NCBI RefSeq assembly: GCF_020622065.1 | Contig: NZ_JAHRYQ010000002.1 | Span: 234,232-298,231, forward strand | Length of the DNA stretch: 64,000 nt | Source of the DNA: Geothrix sp. | Lineage (GTDB): Bacteria > Acidobacteriota > Holophagae > Holophagales > Holophagaceae | Direction: 5' to 3' | Shown: in pieces, positions 18,001 through 26,609 of the stretch | Position numbering within the stretch: the stretch's first letter is position 1 | How the letters are laid out: each line of letters starts with the position of its first letter | The notes under the pieces: generated by a model | Databases searched by the model: none | What the model saw: only the letters and a program-made list of their open reading frames with translations | Told to the model about the DNA's origin: nothing | Program-made: the position numbers and the translations under genes

Positions 18001-18748
18001 CCGGGGCCAAGGCCCGCGTTGAGACGATGGTCTCCTGCGTGTTCTTGTCGTAGTGCTCGACCGTCGCCAGGTAGGAGAAGGCCACCAGGAATTTGGTTCC
18101 ATCGCTGGACGGGAGCGCCCCGGTCACCTGCAGAGACCCGGGATCATCGAGAAGATAGCCAGGTGGCGGCGTCCTCGGTGGAACCGGGTTCACCCCACGC
18201 TCCTGCATGCGGCTCTGAAGATCCACTAGACGGGGCATCCTTCCGGCCTCGTACCGCCGATGAAAAACCATCGGATGGCCATCCACCAGGACGGTGCATT
18301 GAAGCGGACTGTCGCCAAAATTCGTCATCGACGGCCAGACCACGGGCCGGACATTCCCGCCGAGGGCGCTCCCGGCCCCGCCTGATGGACCATAGGCCGA
18401 CTGCAGACCATCCTGGTTATCGAAGGACCAGGTGAACCCGATGGGAATTCGGCCCGGAAGTCTCGGCCCCAGGGGGACGCGCAGATTCAGGCTCCCGCTC
18501 ACGGCGTCGACAGAGCCAATCCCGAGCTTGATCGTCCGATGGGACGATGGCGTCTCGTGGAGTGGATCACCCTCAGCTCCCGCGAAGGCCTGGAGGCAGG
18601 CCAAAACCACCATCCATCCAACGCCAAGTCCGCTTTCGCGAAGTGCGTCCGGCCGGCGAAGGCGGCCCCACCCACGCCGGGTCCAGCAGGGAGCCTTCAG
18701 CAGAAGACGGACAAGATCACGGCAAAGCGCGGATGCACCAGGGAACAC
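12089..18748 (-). CDS. RHS/YD-repeat polymorphic toxin precursor (2219 aa)
   Basis: Shell start GSLNLRVPLGPRLPGRIPIGFTWSFDNQ, many YD repeats (TYDYDDFGRV, FEYDGFGQKT, WAYDDRGRMT, YFYDQDGHLL, FGYDPFGNRI) and RHS core ...YMQAREYLPVYGKFAQVDP...NLYNYVTNNPVTKTDPDGR. The leader is hydrophobic (MVVLACLQAFAGAEG), and an alternative start is M46 at 18613. Confidence 0.9.
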   Translation of the reverse strand: MFPGASALCRDLVRLLLKAPCWTRRGWGRLRRPDALRESGLGVGWMVVLACLQAFAGAEGDPLHETPSSHRTIKLGIGSVDAVSGSLNLRVPLGPRLPGRIPIGFTWSFDNQDGLQSAYGPSGGAGSALGGNVRPVVWPSMTNFGDSPLQCTVLVDGHPMVFHRRYEAGRMPRLVDLQSRMQERGVNPVPPRTPPPGYLLDDPGSLQVTGALPSSDGTKFLVAFSYLATVEHYDKNTQETIVSTRALAPGYAIIDGPNAIWTQRGNGIVPFGHARTHFSNRWGDHITVDESETTVAPDFQVLTTIVIQDQVAPGNTLTLSVTPSGLPVTHRKSGTDARSGLPYDYPVDLRSTGQMEVTNTLGLPKATLPGDYASKQRFVPKPASACPGYDPQAAPEPEYTWDYGFVPLAITHTAEDQSSQRLGFDWGEGPWPMGNLKQIDYPNGLRETFQYDSAVHLSALSFSECDGAWMGFRHVRGVYAQEEELGAFVSRSVARISRQDMVGSTPGECYQILRVRPWWDGTPLGQTRTLWTCKEYESSTAILHYPVAQPDSGSPYRAVRLTHPSYREDLDLNGLQGYLFATMAVIFEENLAGTGLSVLRPSDLGSAPFQVVVYDGFDLRSWANPSGSLANGLPVNAVPLRTAIHTKDLPTRMTLAGNPNTPGARDEYGPVITDEYTDVPSQALPTPDGTSVPIWSHALPSMESSRPTWRRGEIQRGFDWSRMALQVKSDRKSLTLDSAQTHTARFASANLALPAAPPASRVGQADFGTTTYDYDDFGRVIRQQGDRAGFSAVEARSYVPGLPLILDLRKEPLSGPGGPYLPNPDRPEVTAGKVHTWLDTHVQAGPSTVLDKIDGRVESFTYEAQLGREISHTDVLGITTRTDYNAWGRKWRVARQQKGVVGSVTTESTYDVNGRWKEESVAADGKTLRTRTEWDAFGRIVKVITFDAAGSRVGEQAFEYDGFGQKTAQSPNLKPTQQSWGMERWAYDDRGRMTDHWDTQGRLLQHTVQQPSWTSISGLAAVWTSIQDDRGYMRSEGVDLLGQKRALVDQAGQLSEYFYDQDGHLLQTLQGYGAAKQQRSYAYNPMGWLISRTEPEEGTTVYSKFTMLGIPLVSEQYGREGATVRNTFTTTLDGHNQPSSVVAAGPEGSVVRRFGYDPASRLPLLLSETQDLPDIWGAPQTVTETYGYDDLFRLNWKSVSDGQQSFVVSQTLNALGQVTSLTYPEGGGRPASTVTVDYDNQNRSRSVRADGNLRGVMIYDQIAGTAVTNTLILGNGATTLSTLDKDELALTQHAAPGGVVETNAITWSAGGLMLSRGDDVFSYDELQRLSASRVVGIHGERVDQWFGYDPFGNRIQSNFVYAEGEPGSLQPSELRAWRADSMVGNDLPGALVALSQGSPAMATTMGTYDTGRQYDVLGRLSQVFAYPGTANALASWLYDPSGRVVKENGTSYLLEASGLRFKRMRADGSIDYTVYGFGREPLAQFSVPAPISPPKYLSTTTLGRTRHPAAGATILQPSTTITVAPGSSVAFTGETTFGTACSWDFGDHSRAVGTRTSHAFTQAGSYTVIFRARAAGYRASADSVVVRVLAQPSITRLAASPASILPGEGASLSWKSSGATRLSIDQGVGAVAGKGHLKVFPKVTTTYTLTATNAAGSVTAQVTVAVNAPAPPSITEFSATASTIALGQSTTLTWSVTNATSLTLEGIGPVAGNSLVVSPAATTTYVLRAANGVGSVSTSVTVVVEAGLPMIEDFYADPQEVLPGGLTTLGWSVSQADGLEINGVPVTGNSFEQSPAATTTYTLTARNLVGAVTATVTVMARAPGALVWRRTIVYGFGQELSEDSPGVGTMFIQSDQVGSPSVMTDALGAIVGRSKNLPFGERMVGWGKTALRRFTNHEEDPDSEAIYMQAREYLPVYGKFAQVDPVYDQTKDDPESWNLYNYVTNNPVTKTDPDGRAAFGSDLKAAQDQLMSMQSNPMDWDIFGVSGGTAIGGGSGIMGYLADAISTDSETRGTNGAGSEGASNAAEGQEARKPETHTAQTNNGDLGPIPDTHGSDRDISFTPRWRQALDGDFKTTGKVPTPLPDNLDGFIREFVKQSGDNFPKGVTVTATTNGVHSTRSPHYEGLAVDIRYNAKDPKKAMADGARAGAQFGLDEKLHPSSSSSGPHFHFQLRPGRGGSMGDLPFRGGVPNRPRTNPSMGFVGHFGIALQTWMFGGIIL
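12092..12880 (-). other. C-terminal toxin region (263 aa): Gly/Ser-rich linker plus LAS/M15-like zinc peptidase module
   Basis: RSPHYEGLAVDIRY matches the S-x-H-x-x-G-x-A-x-D motif of VanY/M15 (Hedgehog/DD-peptidase fold) enzymes. A second motif GPHFHFQL supplies HxH. G+C is visibly lower than in the RHS body. Confidence 0.55.
12881..13288 (-). other. RHS repeat-associated core domain ending in DPDGR (variant of the DPxGL cleavage motif)
   Basis: VYGFGQEL...PFGERM...FTNHEEDPDSEAIYMQAREYLPVYGKFAQVDP...WNLYNYVTNNPVTKTDPDGR. The DPDGR codons lie at 12881-12895. Confidence 0.8.
13289..13981 (-). repeat. three tandem ~75-78-aa Ig-like modules inside the RHS protein (aa 1590-1820)
   Basis: Each unit follows the pattern P.I..F.A.P..I..G....L.W.V..A..L.I.G.G.V.G.S..V.P..TTTY.L.A.N..G.V.A.VTV. 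The units are diverged at DNA level. Confidence 0.7.
13982..14215 (-). other. PKD domain inside the RHS protein (aa 1512-1589)
   Basis: SWDFGDHSRAVGTRTSHAFTQAGSYTVIFRA matches the PKD consensus W.FGD......H.Y...G.Y.V. Confidence 0.7.
14216..16438 (-). repeat. main YD-repeat tract of the RHS protein (aa ~771-1511)
   Basis: Recurrent Y-D-x-x-G-R/N motifs by eye. Boundaries are approximate. Confidence 0.75.
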
Positions 18749-18804
18749 AGAAACTCCGAGTCGATTGTTTCGGCCCAGGCTACCTCTGCCCTGGAGGGCA
18801 TCGC

Positions 18805-18841
18805 TGTTAAGTGTTGTGTAGTTTTGTTAAGCGTTGTTAAG
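18805..18841. promoter_or_regulatory. three TGTTAAG repeats phased at 20 and 10 bp in the RHS upstream region
   Basis: TGTTAAG occurs at 18805, 18825 and 18835 (CTTAACA on the RHS coding strand), in the 119-bp gap between the RHS start and the acyl-CoA ligase stop. Confidence 0.3.
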
Positions 18842-18867
18842 AAGCTCTCAGCACCCTGACCGCAGGC

Positions 18868-20604
<1,737 letters not shown>

Positions 20605-20782
20605 GGATCCACCTTCCCTGCCGGGCCGTTCCGGGGAGCGGCCATCTGCTCAACTCACATCGCTTAACTTGTCGATGTTCATTATTTTAGACTTCAATCG
20701 GCCCCTTCTGGGAGGGGCGATTATTGCCGAGGCGATGCGGACCTGGCCTCTGGATCTGGCAGAGTCGAAGCGGAGGCCCTCG

Positions 20783-21217
20783 ATGAAGGCAGTCATCCAG
20801 CGCGTGACGCGGGCCTCGGTGCGATCCGGGGACCTGGAGGCGAGCATCGGCCCGGGCCTGCTGGTGCTGGTGGGCCTCGAAGCCGGCGACACGGAGGAGG
20901 CCTGTGCCTGGGCCGCCGCCAAGATCGCCTCGCTGCGCATCTTCGAGGACGGCGACGGGAAGATGAACCTCGGCCTTCAGGATGTGGGCGGCGAGATCCT
21001 CGCCATCAGCCAGTTCACCCTGGCGGGCAGCATCGCCAAGGGCCGACGCCCTTCCTTCGACGCGGCCATGAGCCCCGACGCGGCCCGGGTGCTCTTCCGG
21101 AAGTTCCTGGATCTGCTGAAGGCCCAGCACCCCCGCGTGAAATCCGGCTTCTTCCAGGAGCACATGGCGGTCGAGCTTCTCAACGATGGGCCCGTGACCT
21201 TCATTCTGGAGCGCTGA
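20783..21217 (+). CDS. dtd: D-aminoacyl-tRNA deacylase
   Basis: MKAVIQRVTRASV...GPGLLVLVG...ISQFTL...GRRPSF...NDGPVTFIL is canonical Dtd. Start refined to ATG 20783. Confidence 0.9.
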   Translation: MKAVIQRVTRASVRSGDLEASIGPGLLVLVGLEAGDTEEACAWAAAKIASLRIFEDGDGKMNLGLQDVGGEILAISQFTLAGSIAKGRRPSFDAAMSPDAARVLFRKFLDLLKAQHPRVKSGFFQEHMAVELLNDGPVTFILER

Positions 21218-22058
21218 GCCAGCACGAGAGGGGCCGCGCCAAGGCCAGGGCCAGTCCCGCCAGCAGCAGGCCCGCCGCCACATCCGTGAGGTAGTGGACG
21301 CCGATGTAGACGGTGGCGAACACGATGGCGCCGGCCCAGGCCCAGAACAGGGGCGCCAGGCGGGGGAAGCATCGCGTGACCAGGAGGGCGGGCAGTACCG
21401 AGAGCGCCGTGTGGCCGCTGGGAAACGCATCCAGCGTGGTGGCTTCCGCGCCGCGCAGGAAGGCGCGGATGGCCTGCGAGATCGCCCCGCCACCCAGCTG
21501 GACCGGGGCCAGGGCCTCCGGCACCCGGGGGCCTTCCGCGGGCCACAGGAAATATCCCAGGAACGAGAGGTAGAACCCGAGGAGGATCGCGAACGCCACC
21601 CGCTCGAACCGCGCCGGGCCCAGGCGGACACGGGCCAGCACCCCCACCGACAGGGGCAGGAAGTAGAAGCTGGCGTAGGCGAGGTAGACCACATCCGTGA
21701 AGGCCGCGGGCCGGCCAAGGGCCCCGCGCCAGGCCGCGGCGAGCGATCCGAACCAACGCCGGTCCAGCTCGGCGAGGACGGCATCCCAGCGGTGGGCATT
21801 CACGGCCACCACCAAGGGCTGGAGCAGCAGGAAGACGAGAAGCACCACCAGCACCGGAACGAAGTCCCGGAGGAGGAGGGCGACCTGCCCCCGGGCCCGG
21901 CCGAGCCCCAGGCTGAACGCGAGGAGCCCGGCGAAAGTGAAGGTCCGGAGCAGCCAGCCCTCGGGCCGCGCCAGCAGCGCCAGGGCCAACAGGATGGCCA
22001 GCACCAGGACCGTGAGGCGCTCTGAGGGCCGCAGGGCCGAGGCTGCCCCGGCCCTCAT
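21201..22058 (-). CDS. PAP2-superfamily membrane phosphatase
   Basis: Polytopic protein with PSGHTA and HYLTDV motifs. ATG 22058 overlaps the upstream TGA (ATGA coupling). Confidence 0.75.
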   Translation of the reverse strand: MRAGAASALRPSERLTVLVLAILLALALLARPEGWLLRTFTFAGLLAFSLGLGRARGQVALLLRDFVPVLVVLLVFLLLQPLVVAVNAHRWDAVLAELDRRWFGSLAAAWRGALGRPAAFTDVVYLAYASFYFLPLSVGVLARVRLGPARFERVAFAILLGFYLSFLGYFLWPAEGPRVPEALAPVQLGGGAISQAIRAFLRGAEATTLDAFPSGHTALSVLPALLVTRCFPRLAPLFWAWAGAIVFATVYIGVHYLTDVAAGLLLAGLALALARPLSCWLSAPE

Positions 22059-22933
22059 GGCTCCTGCGTCTCCGCTTCCGTCCCCAGCCATGCGGGCGTT
22101 CCCTCCGGCGACCCCAGCCACCGGCCGGGATCCTCAAGGACCTTCTGGACGAGGACGAGGGCGCGGGCACAGGAGAAGGCATCGTCGATGCGCTCGTCGA
22201 AGGTCCAGCGCACGGAAAGGGCCTCCTCCGCGCTCACGCCATCCCGGGTCGCGAAGGTCGAGCGACGCGGGGCGGAGACGGCGCCGAAGATGGAGACGGT
22301 GCCGTACTCGTAGAGGTGGTGGAAGACATCGGAGACGCCCACGGAGCCGAGGTTGGCCAGGAAGATGCTCGCGTACATGGGATCGTCGCGGATCATGAAG
22401 CCCGGGTAGAGGTTCCAGTGATCCAGTCCCCGGGCGAGCCCCACCAGCAGGCGTACCACCGGCCCGGGCAGCCGCATGATCAGGGTGACTTCCTTGTCCA
22501 CGGACCGGTCCGTCTCCCGGGCCTCCTCCACCTGGGTGGAGATCCGGGCGGAAAAGGCCGGGAAGCTCTCACCCTCGAAGGCCGCCAGCTTCACGGTGGC
22601 CCCGGGGGCCTCATCCGTGAAGGCCTTCTTGGCGACGAAGGAAACCGACACGCCCCGCCGCTGATAGAGCCGCCCTCCCGAGACGAAGCGGTTCAGGCGC
22701 GGCCGGGTTTCCAGCGCCACGGCGGTGGCGTAGGCCACCAGGTGGAAGAGCGTGGCCCGGGGGTGGTGGGCGCGATTGTAGGCCTTGAGCCAGATGCGCG
22801 CGGCGGCGATGCGGTAGAGGGACTCCTGGTAGACGCAGCTCTCGTTCCGGCCCCGCATGAGATAGGGCATGATGCGCCGCACCGGGGCCTCGCCGCGGAT
22901 CAGATCGCCATCGGAACGGGAGAAGAGGGGCAT
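22055..22933 (-). CDS. 2-oxoacid dehydrogenase E2 catalytic-domain-like (CAT-fold) protein with altered active-site motif
   Basis: FLANLGSVGV...IFGAVS and SVRWTFDERIDDAFSCARALVLVQKVLEDP align by eye to the E2 ...SNLG...ILG... and ...DHRviDGa...lEdP region. The catalytic His is replaced by Glu. Confidence 0.5.
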   Translation of the reverse strand: MPLFSRSDGDLIRGEAPVRRIMPYLMRGRNESCVYQESLYRIAAARIWLKAYNRAHHPRATLFHLVAYATAVALETRPRLNRFVSGGRLYQRRGVSVSFVAKKAFTDEAPGATVKLAAFEGESFPAFSARISTQVEEARETDRSVDKEVTLIMRLPGPVVRLLVGLARGLDHWNLYPGFMIRDDPMYASIFLANLGSVGVSDVFHHLYEYGTVSIFGAVSAPRRSTFATRDGVSAEEALSVRWTFDERIDDAFSCARALVLVQKVLEDPGRWLGSPEGTPAWLGTEAETQEP

Positions 22934-23047
22934 GGATCAGGGTCGGCGCGGTGGACCGGCACTGTCAAGAACACCCGGGGATCATCTTTTCGCGTTGACA
23001 CCGCGTGGCGGCAGGACTATCCCTGGGGCAACCTTTCCGGTGCTGCC

Positions 23048-23800
23048 ATGACGATGCGTTCCGCAGGTCTCCGCCTACCCGCTTCCGGCCTGCTCGCGGC
23101 GGGCCTTCTCCTGGCCGGTGCCCCGGGCCGGGCCCAGGACGCGGCAACCCCCTGGTCCATGACGGTCTACCTCCAACAGAGCTGGCCGAAGCAGACGGAG
23201 ACCAACCGCCAGATCAAGGAGGTCAACGCGGCCCTGGGTTCCTCCTTCAAGACCTGGGACGATGTGGCGAACCTCAACCTCGGCGTGCAGGCTTTCCGCG
23301 ACCTGAATCCGCGCTGGAAGGTGGGGCTCGAGCTGGACTACTCCCGCGGGAAGATCGACGGGGCGACCACCCTGGACACGCCCGCCGGTCCTGCCACGCT
23401 TGCTTTCGAGCAGAAGTACACGGTCTACGCGGATCTCCTGGCCCTCGCCCAGTTCCGGCCCCTGGGGGGGAACGGTCGCTGGATTCCCTTCCTCCAGGCG
23501 GGGATCGGCCTGGCCTATGAAAAGGACCGGACCCTCCTGACCCTGCGCAACGACTTCCTGGACGAGACCCTGATCCAGGTCGATAACAGCGGCTGGTTCC
23601 CCATGTTCACGGTCGGAGCGGGTGTCGATGTCTACTTCTCGCATCAGCGCACCTGGTACGCCGAAGTCGGCGTCAGCTATTCCTGGGCCCGCCTCAAACA
23701 TGATGTCGCGGCAAGCGGTGCCCTGACGCCAGGCACCGTCCGGGCCGATACGGATTCCACGGGACCCAACGCCTGGCTGGGCATCGGGCGGAAGTTCTAG
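23048..23800 (+). CDS. outer-membrane beta-barrel protein (signal peptide, C-terminal Phe)
   Basis: MTMRSAGLRLPASGLLAAGLLLAGAPGRAQD leader, alternating beta-strand pattern and terminal ...AWLGIGRKF. Start refined to ATG 23048. Confidence 0.6.
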   Translation: MTMRSAGLRLPASGLLAAGLLLAGAPGRAQDAATPWSMTVYLQQSWPKQTETNRQIKEVNAALGSSFKTWDDVANLNLGVQAFRDLNPRWKVGLELDYSRGKIDGATTLDTPAGPATLAFEQKYTVYADLLALAQFRPLGGNGRWIPFLQAGIGLAYEKDRTLLTLRNDFLDETLIQVDNSGWFPMFTVGAGVDVYFSHQRTWYAEVGVSYSWARLKHDVAASGALTPGTVRADTDSTGPNAWLGIGRKF

Positions 23801-23818
23801 CCCAGAGCGAACGGAACA

Positions 23819-23846
23819 ACGCCCCGGAGGAGGACCCCCGGGGCGT
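23819..23846. terminator. hairpin between convergent genes
   Basis: acgccccgg / ccggggcgt forms a 9-bp stem with a 10-nt loop. Confidence 0.35.
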
Positions 23847-23869
23847 CGAACCTGCTTCCCGGCGCTGGA

Positions 23870-26497
23870 TCAGAGCGTCATGCGCTGCAGACCGGCCTTC
23901 AGACTCTCGTCGATGATGGCGAGACAGTCGGCGAAGTGCGCCTTGGTCTCCTTGCTGAAGCCCGCCTTGGTCGGAGCGGCCTTGAGCGAAGGCTGCAGGG
24001 CGCGCAGCGCCTCCCGGGCCAGGGCCCGCGCGTCGGCGGGCGTGAGGGGGTTCGCCCGCAGCACCTGGGCACTCAGCTGGCGCAGGTGCTCCCGCTGCAG
24101 GTTGCGCCGCATGACCGAGACCTCGCGCCCGCTCTTCAGCTCCGTCCAGATGGCGCTCTGCAAGGCGTCATAGAGCTCCGAGAGACGGAAGGCCTCCTTG
24201 GGGTTCGCCAGCTTGTCCGGCGCATCGAGGACCCGCTGGGCCACGGCGGGTTGGAACAGCTGGGCCAGCACCTGGGCCTGGGTGCGCAGCACCCACTGGG
24301 CGGGCGAGGGATCCGCGTTCAGGGGGCCGCCGAACCGGTCGGTGGTGAGGCGGGAGAGGAACTCGGGCTTGAAGCGGAAGGCGTCGACGGAGAAGATGCC
24401 GGTCTCCAGCAGCTTCAAGGCCTGGCGCTGACGGGCGGCGGGAACCGGCGTGATGGGGGCCCGGCCCGTACCCGCGTGGTCGCGCAGGTGCACCACGCCG
24501 CCGATGTACTTGGCGCTCAGGTTGGCCGAGAGCCCCACCTGGCCCAGGGCCCTCAACAGGCCGCGGCGCAGAGGCTGGTATTCCTCGCCATCCCGGAAGG
24601 TCTTGGCCTGCAGGCGCTCCCAGAGCTCCTTCGAGAGGCTCAGGCGCTTCTGGTAGAAGGCCAGCGGGTCGGAGCCCAGATCCCGGCGGTTCACTTCGGG
24701 ATCCATGCCCTCGAGCCCCATGAAGCCGAGGGCCTCCTCGTCCGTACCGTAGGCCAGCTGGGGCTCGGAGCTGCGGGCGGCGATCTTGGCCAGGGCCCCC
24801 TTCTCCTCCGAAGCCGCCAGGGGCTTGTAGCCGTATTCGATGGCCCAGTGGTCGTAGGGCCCCAGGGTGCTCATCACATACTCGCCCTGACGCTGGCCCT
24901 TGAGCGCCAGGTTCAGCGCGTTGTAGTCCATGACGGAGCCCGTCAGGCCGTGGGTCTTGGTGAATTCCGGATTCGAGATCTGCTCCATGGAGTAGATCGT
25001 CGAGGCCCGGAAGTTGTGGCGCAGGCCGAGCGTGTGGCCCACCTCGTGGGTGATCACATCCTTGAGCACGGCGGCCACATAGGCATCCTCCTCGGGGCTG
25101 CCTGGAGTGATCTCACCCCGGGTTTCCAGCAGGTCGAGGGCGAAACCCATCTCCTGGTGGGCTTCCGCCGCATAGGTGCACAGGCTGTGGTCGTGCCTGG
25201 ACAGGAAGGCGTCCTGGGCCTTGGGCGGCAGGGTCTCCCGGGCCTCCGTGCGGCTGCCGCGAGCCCAGACCTCCCCGATGCCGATATCGGCGTCCAGGAT
25301 CTCCCCGGTGCGGGGATCCACCTGGCTGGGTCCGATGGCGAAGCCGATGTCGGTGCCCGTGAGCCAGCGCAGGGAGGCGTGGCGGGCATCGTGGGTATCC
25401 CAGTCCGCATCGGCGGGCTGGACCTTGACCTGGACGGCGTTCTTGAAACCCTGCTCCTCGAAGGCCTGGTTCCAGGCCAGCACGCCTTCGGTGATGGCCG
25501 GCCGGTATTTCTCCGGGATGTTCCGGTCCAGCCAGAACACGATGGGCTGCTTGGGCTCGGAGAGGGCGGCCGCGGGGTCCTTCTTCTCCAGGCGCCAGCG
25601 GTGGATGTAGTGCACCTTGGGATCCACCCGCGTGTCATCGCCGAAGTCCCAGCGCGTGGTGGCGAAGTAGCCCAGCCGGTCATCGGCGAGGCGGGGGGCC
25701 ATGGGCTGCTCCGGCAGCTTCGCGAAGGAGAAGTGCCAACCGAGGAACAGGCTGCGGATGTCCTCCAGCGTGCCCGGGGGCGGCACGAAGGGCATGGGGG
25801 GCGCCCCGGGCATCTGGATGGGCGGCAGCATGATGCGCGAGAGCGCGTAGTGGGCCTGGACCCGGAAGGCGGCCTGGTCCTCGCTGCTGCGGACCTTCTC
25901 GAAGAAGCTGTTGGACGCGTCGAATCCGTAGGGCTGGCGGTAGGTGGCCTCCAGCCGCGTGGCCCCCATGGGGATGTCCTTCAGCAGCAGGGCGTTGGCC
26001 TCCACCAGGAAGGATTTCCGCTCGGGATGGGGCTGGCTCAGCACCGGGGCGCTGGACAGCAGGCTGTCGCTGAAGCCCTCCGCCACGGCCCGGGCTGCCG
26101 GAGAACCCTCGGGCGCGGTGAAGGTCGTGTTCTTCGCCAGGAGCTGGAGGCTGTTCCCCACGCGGCGGAAGCTCACCAGGTGGCTGTCATCCATCATGCC
26201 GCCGTAGATGCCGCGCTCGCCGGTGCCCCGGGTGCTGCTGATGGCGAAGAAGAAGGGCATGTCCAGCTGCTCGGGCTTCACCTCGATCCAGACCTTTTCG
26301 TCCTTCGTCCAGAGGGTGAAGAGCCCCTTGTGCTCCTTGGCCTCCTTCACGACCTCGGCGAAGGGCTTCAGGGCGCCGGGGGCCGGTGCGGCGGCGGGCG
26401 CCGGTGTGGCGGCCTTGCCTCCGTTGGGAGCCGTCTGGGCGGCCAGGCTCAGGCACAGCAGGGGCAGGAGCGCGGATAGGCGCTGGGGCAGGTACAT
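23870..26497 (-). CDS. secreted zinc-dependent metalloprotease (DUF4953/DUF5117-type)
   Basis: 875 aa with a signal peptide (LLPLLCLSLAAQT) and the HEVGHTLGLRHNF zincin motif. Confidence 0.8.
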   Translation of the reverse strand: MYLPQRLSALLPLLCLSLAAQTAPNGGKAATPAPAAAPAPGALKPFAEVVKEAKEHKGLFTLWTKDEKVWIEVKPEQLDMPFFFAISSTRGTGERGIYGGMMDDSHLVSFRRVGNSLQLLAKNTTFTAPEGSPAARAVAEGFSDSLLSSAPVLSQPHPERKSFLVEANALLLKDIPMGATRLEATYRQPYGFDASNSFFEKVRSSEDQAAFRVQAHYALSRIMLPPIQMPGAPPMPFVPPPGTLEDIRSLFLGWHFSFAKLPEQPMAPRLADDRLGYFATTRWDFGDDTRVDPKVHYIHRWRLEKKDPAAALSEPKQPIVFWLDRNIPEKYRPAITEGVLAWNQAFEEQGFKNAVQVKVQPADADWDTHDARHASLRWLTGTDIGFAIGPSQVDPRTGEILDADIGIGEVWARGSRTEARETLPPKAQDAFLSRHDHSLCTYAAEAHQEMGFALDLLETRGEITPGSPEEDAYVAAVLKDVITHEVGHTLGLRHNFRASTIYSMEQISNPEFTKTHGLTGSVMDYNALNLALKGQRQGEYVMSTLGPYDHWAIEYGYKPLAASEEKGALAKIAARSSEPQLAYGTDEEALGFMGLEGMDPEVNRRDLGSDPLAFYQKRLSLSKELWERLQAKTFRDGEEYQPLRRGLLRALGQVGLSANLSAKYIGGVVHLRDHAGTGRAPITPVPAARQRQALKLLETGIFSVDAFRFKPEFLSRLTTDRFGGPLNADPSPAQWVLRTQAQVLAQLFQPAVAQRVLDAPDKLANPKEAFRLSELYDALQSAIWTELKSGREVSVMRRNLQREHLRQLSAQVLRANPLTPADARALAREALRALQPSLKAAPTKAGFSKETKAHFADCLAIIDESLKAGLQRMTL

Positions 26498-26609
26498 GCG
26501 GGTCCTCCTCCGATGGGGATGTCCCCTACCATACGCTGCCTTTGTGGGGTTCGTTTAGAGGCACTCCGTGCGGAGCGGGCCCGGACTGGGCGGATCGCCC
26601 CCTCTGGAT

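Noticed and set aside
23936-26479. 847-aa plus-strand ORF
   Set aside because: It is antisense to the HEVGHTLGLRHNF metalloprotease gene. Its composition is low-complexity G/L/A/R/E/Q with no motifs.
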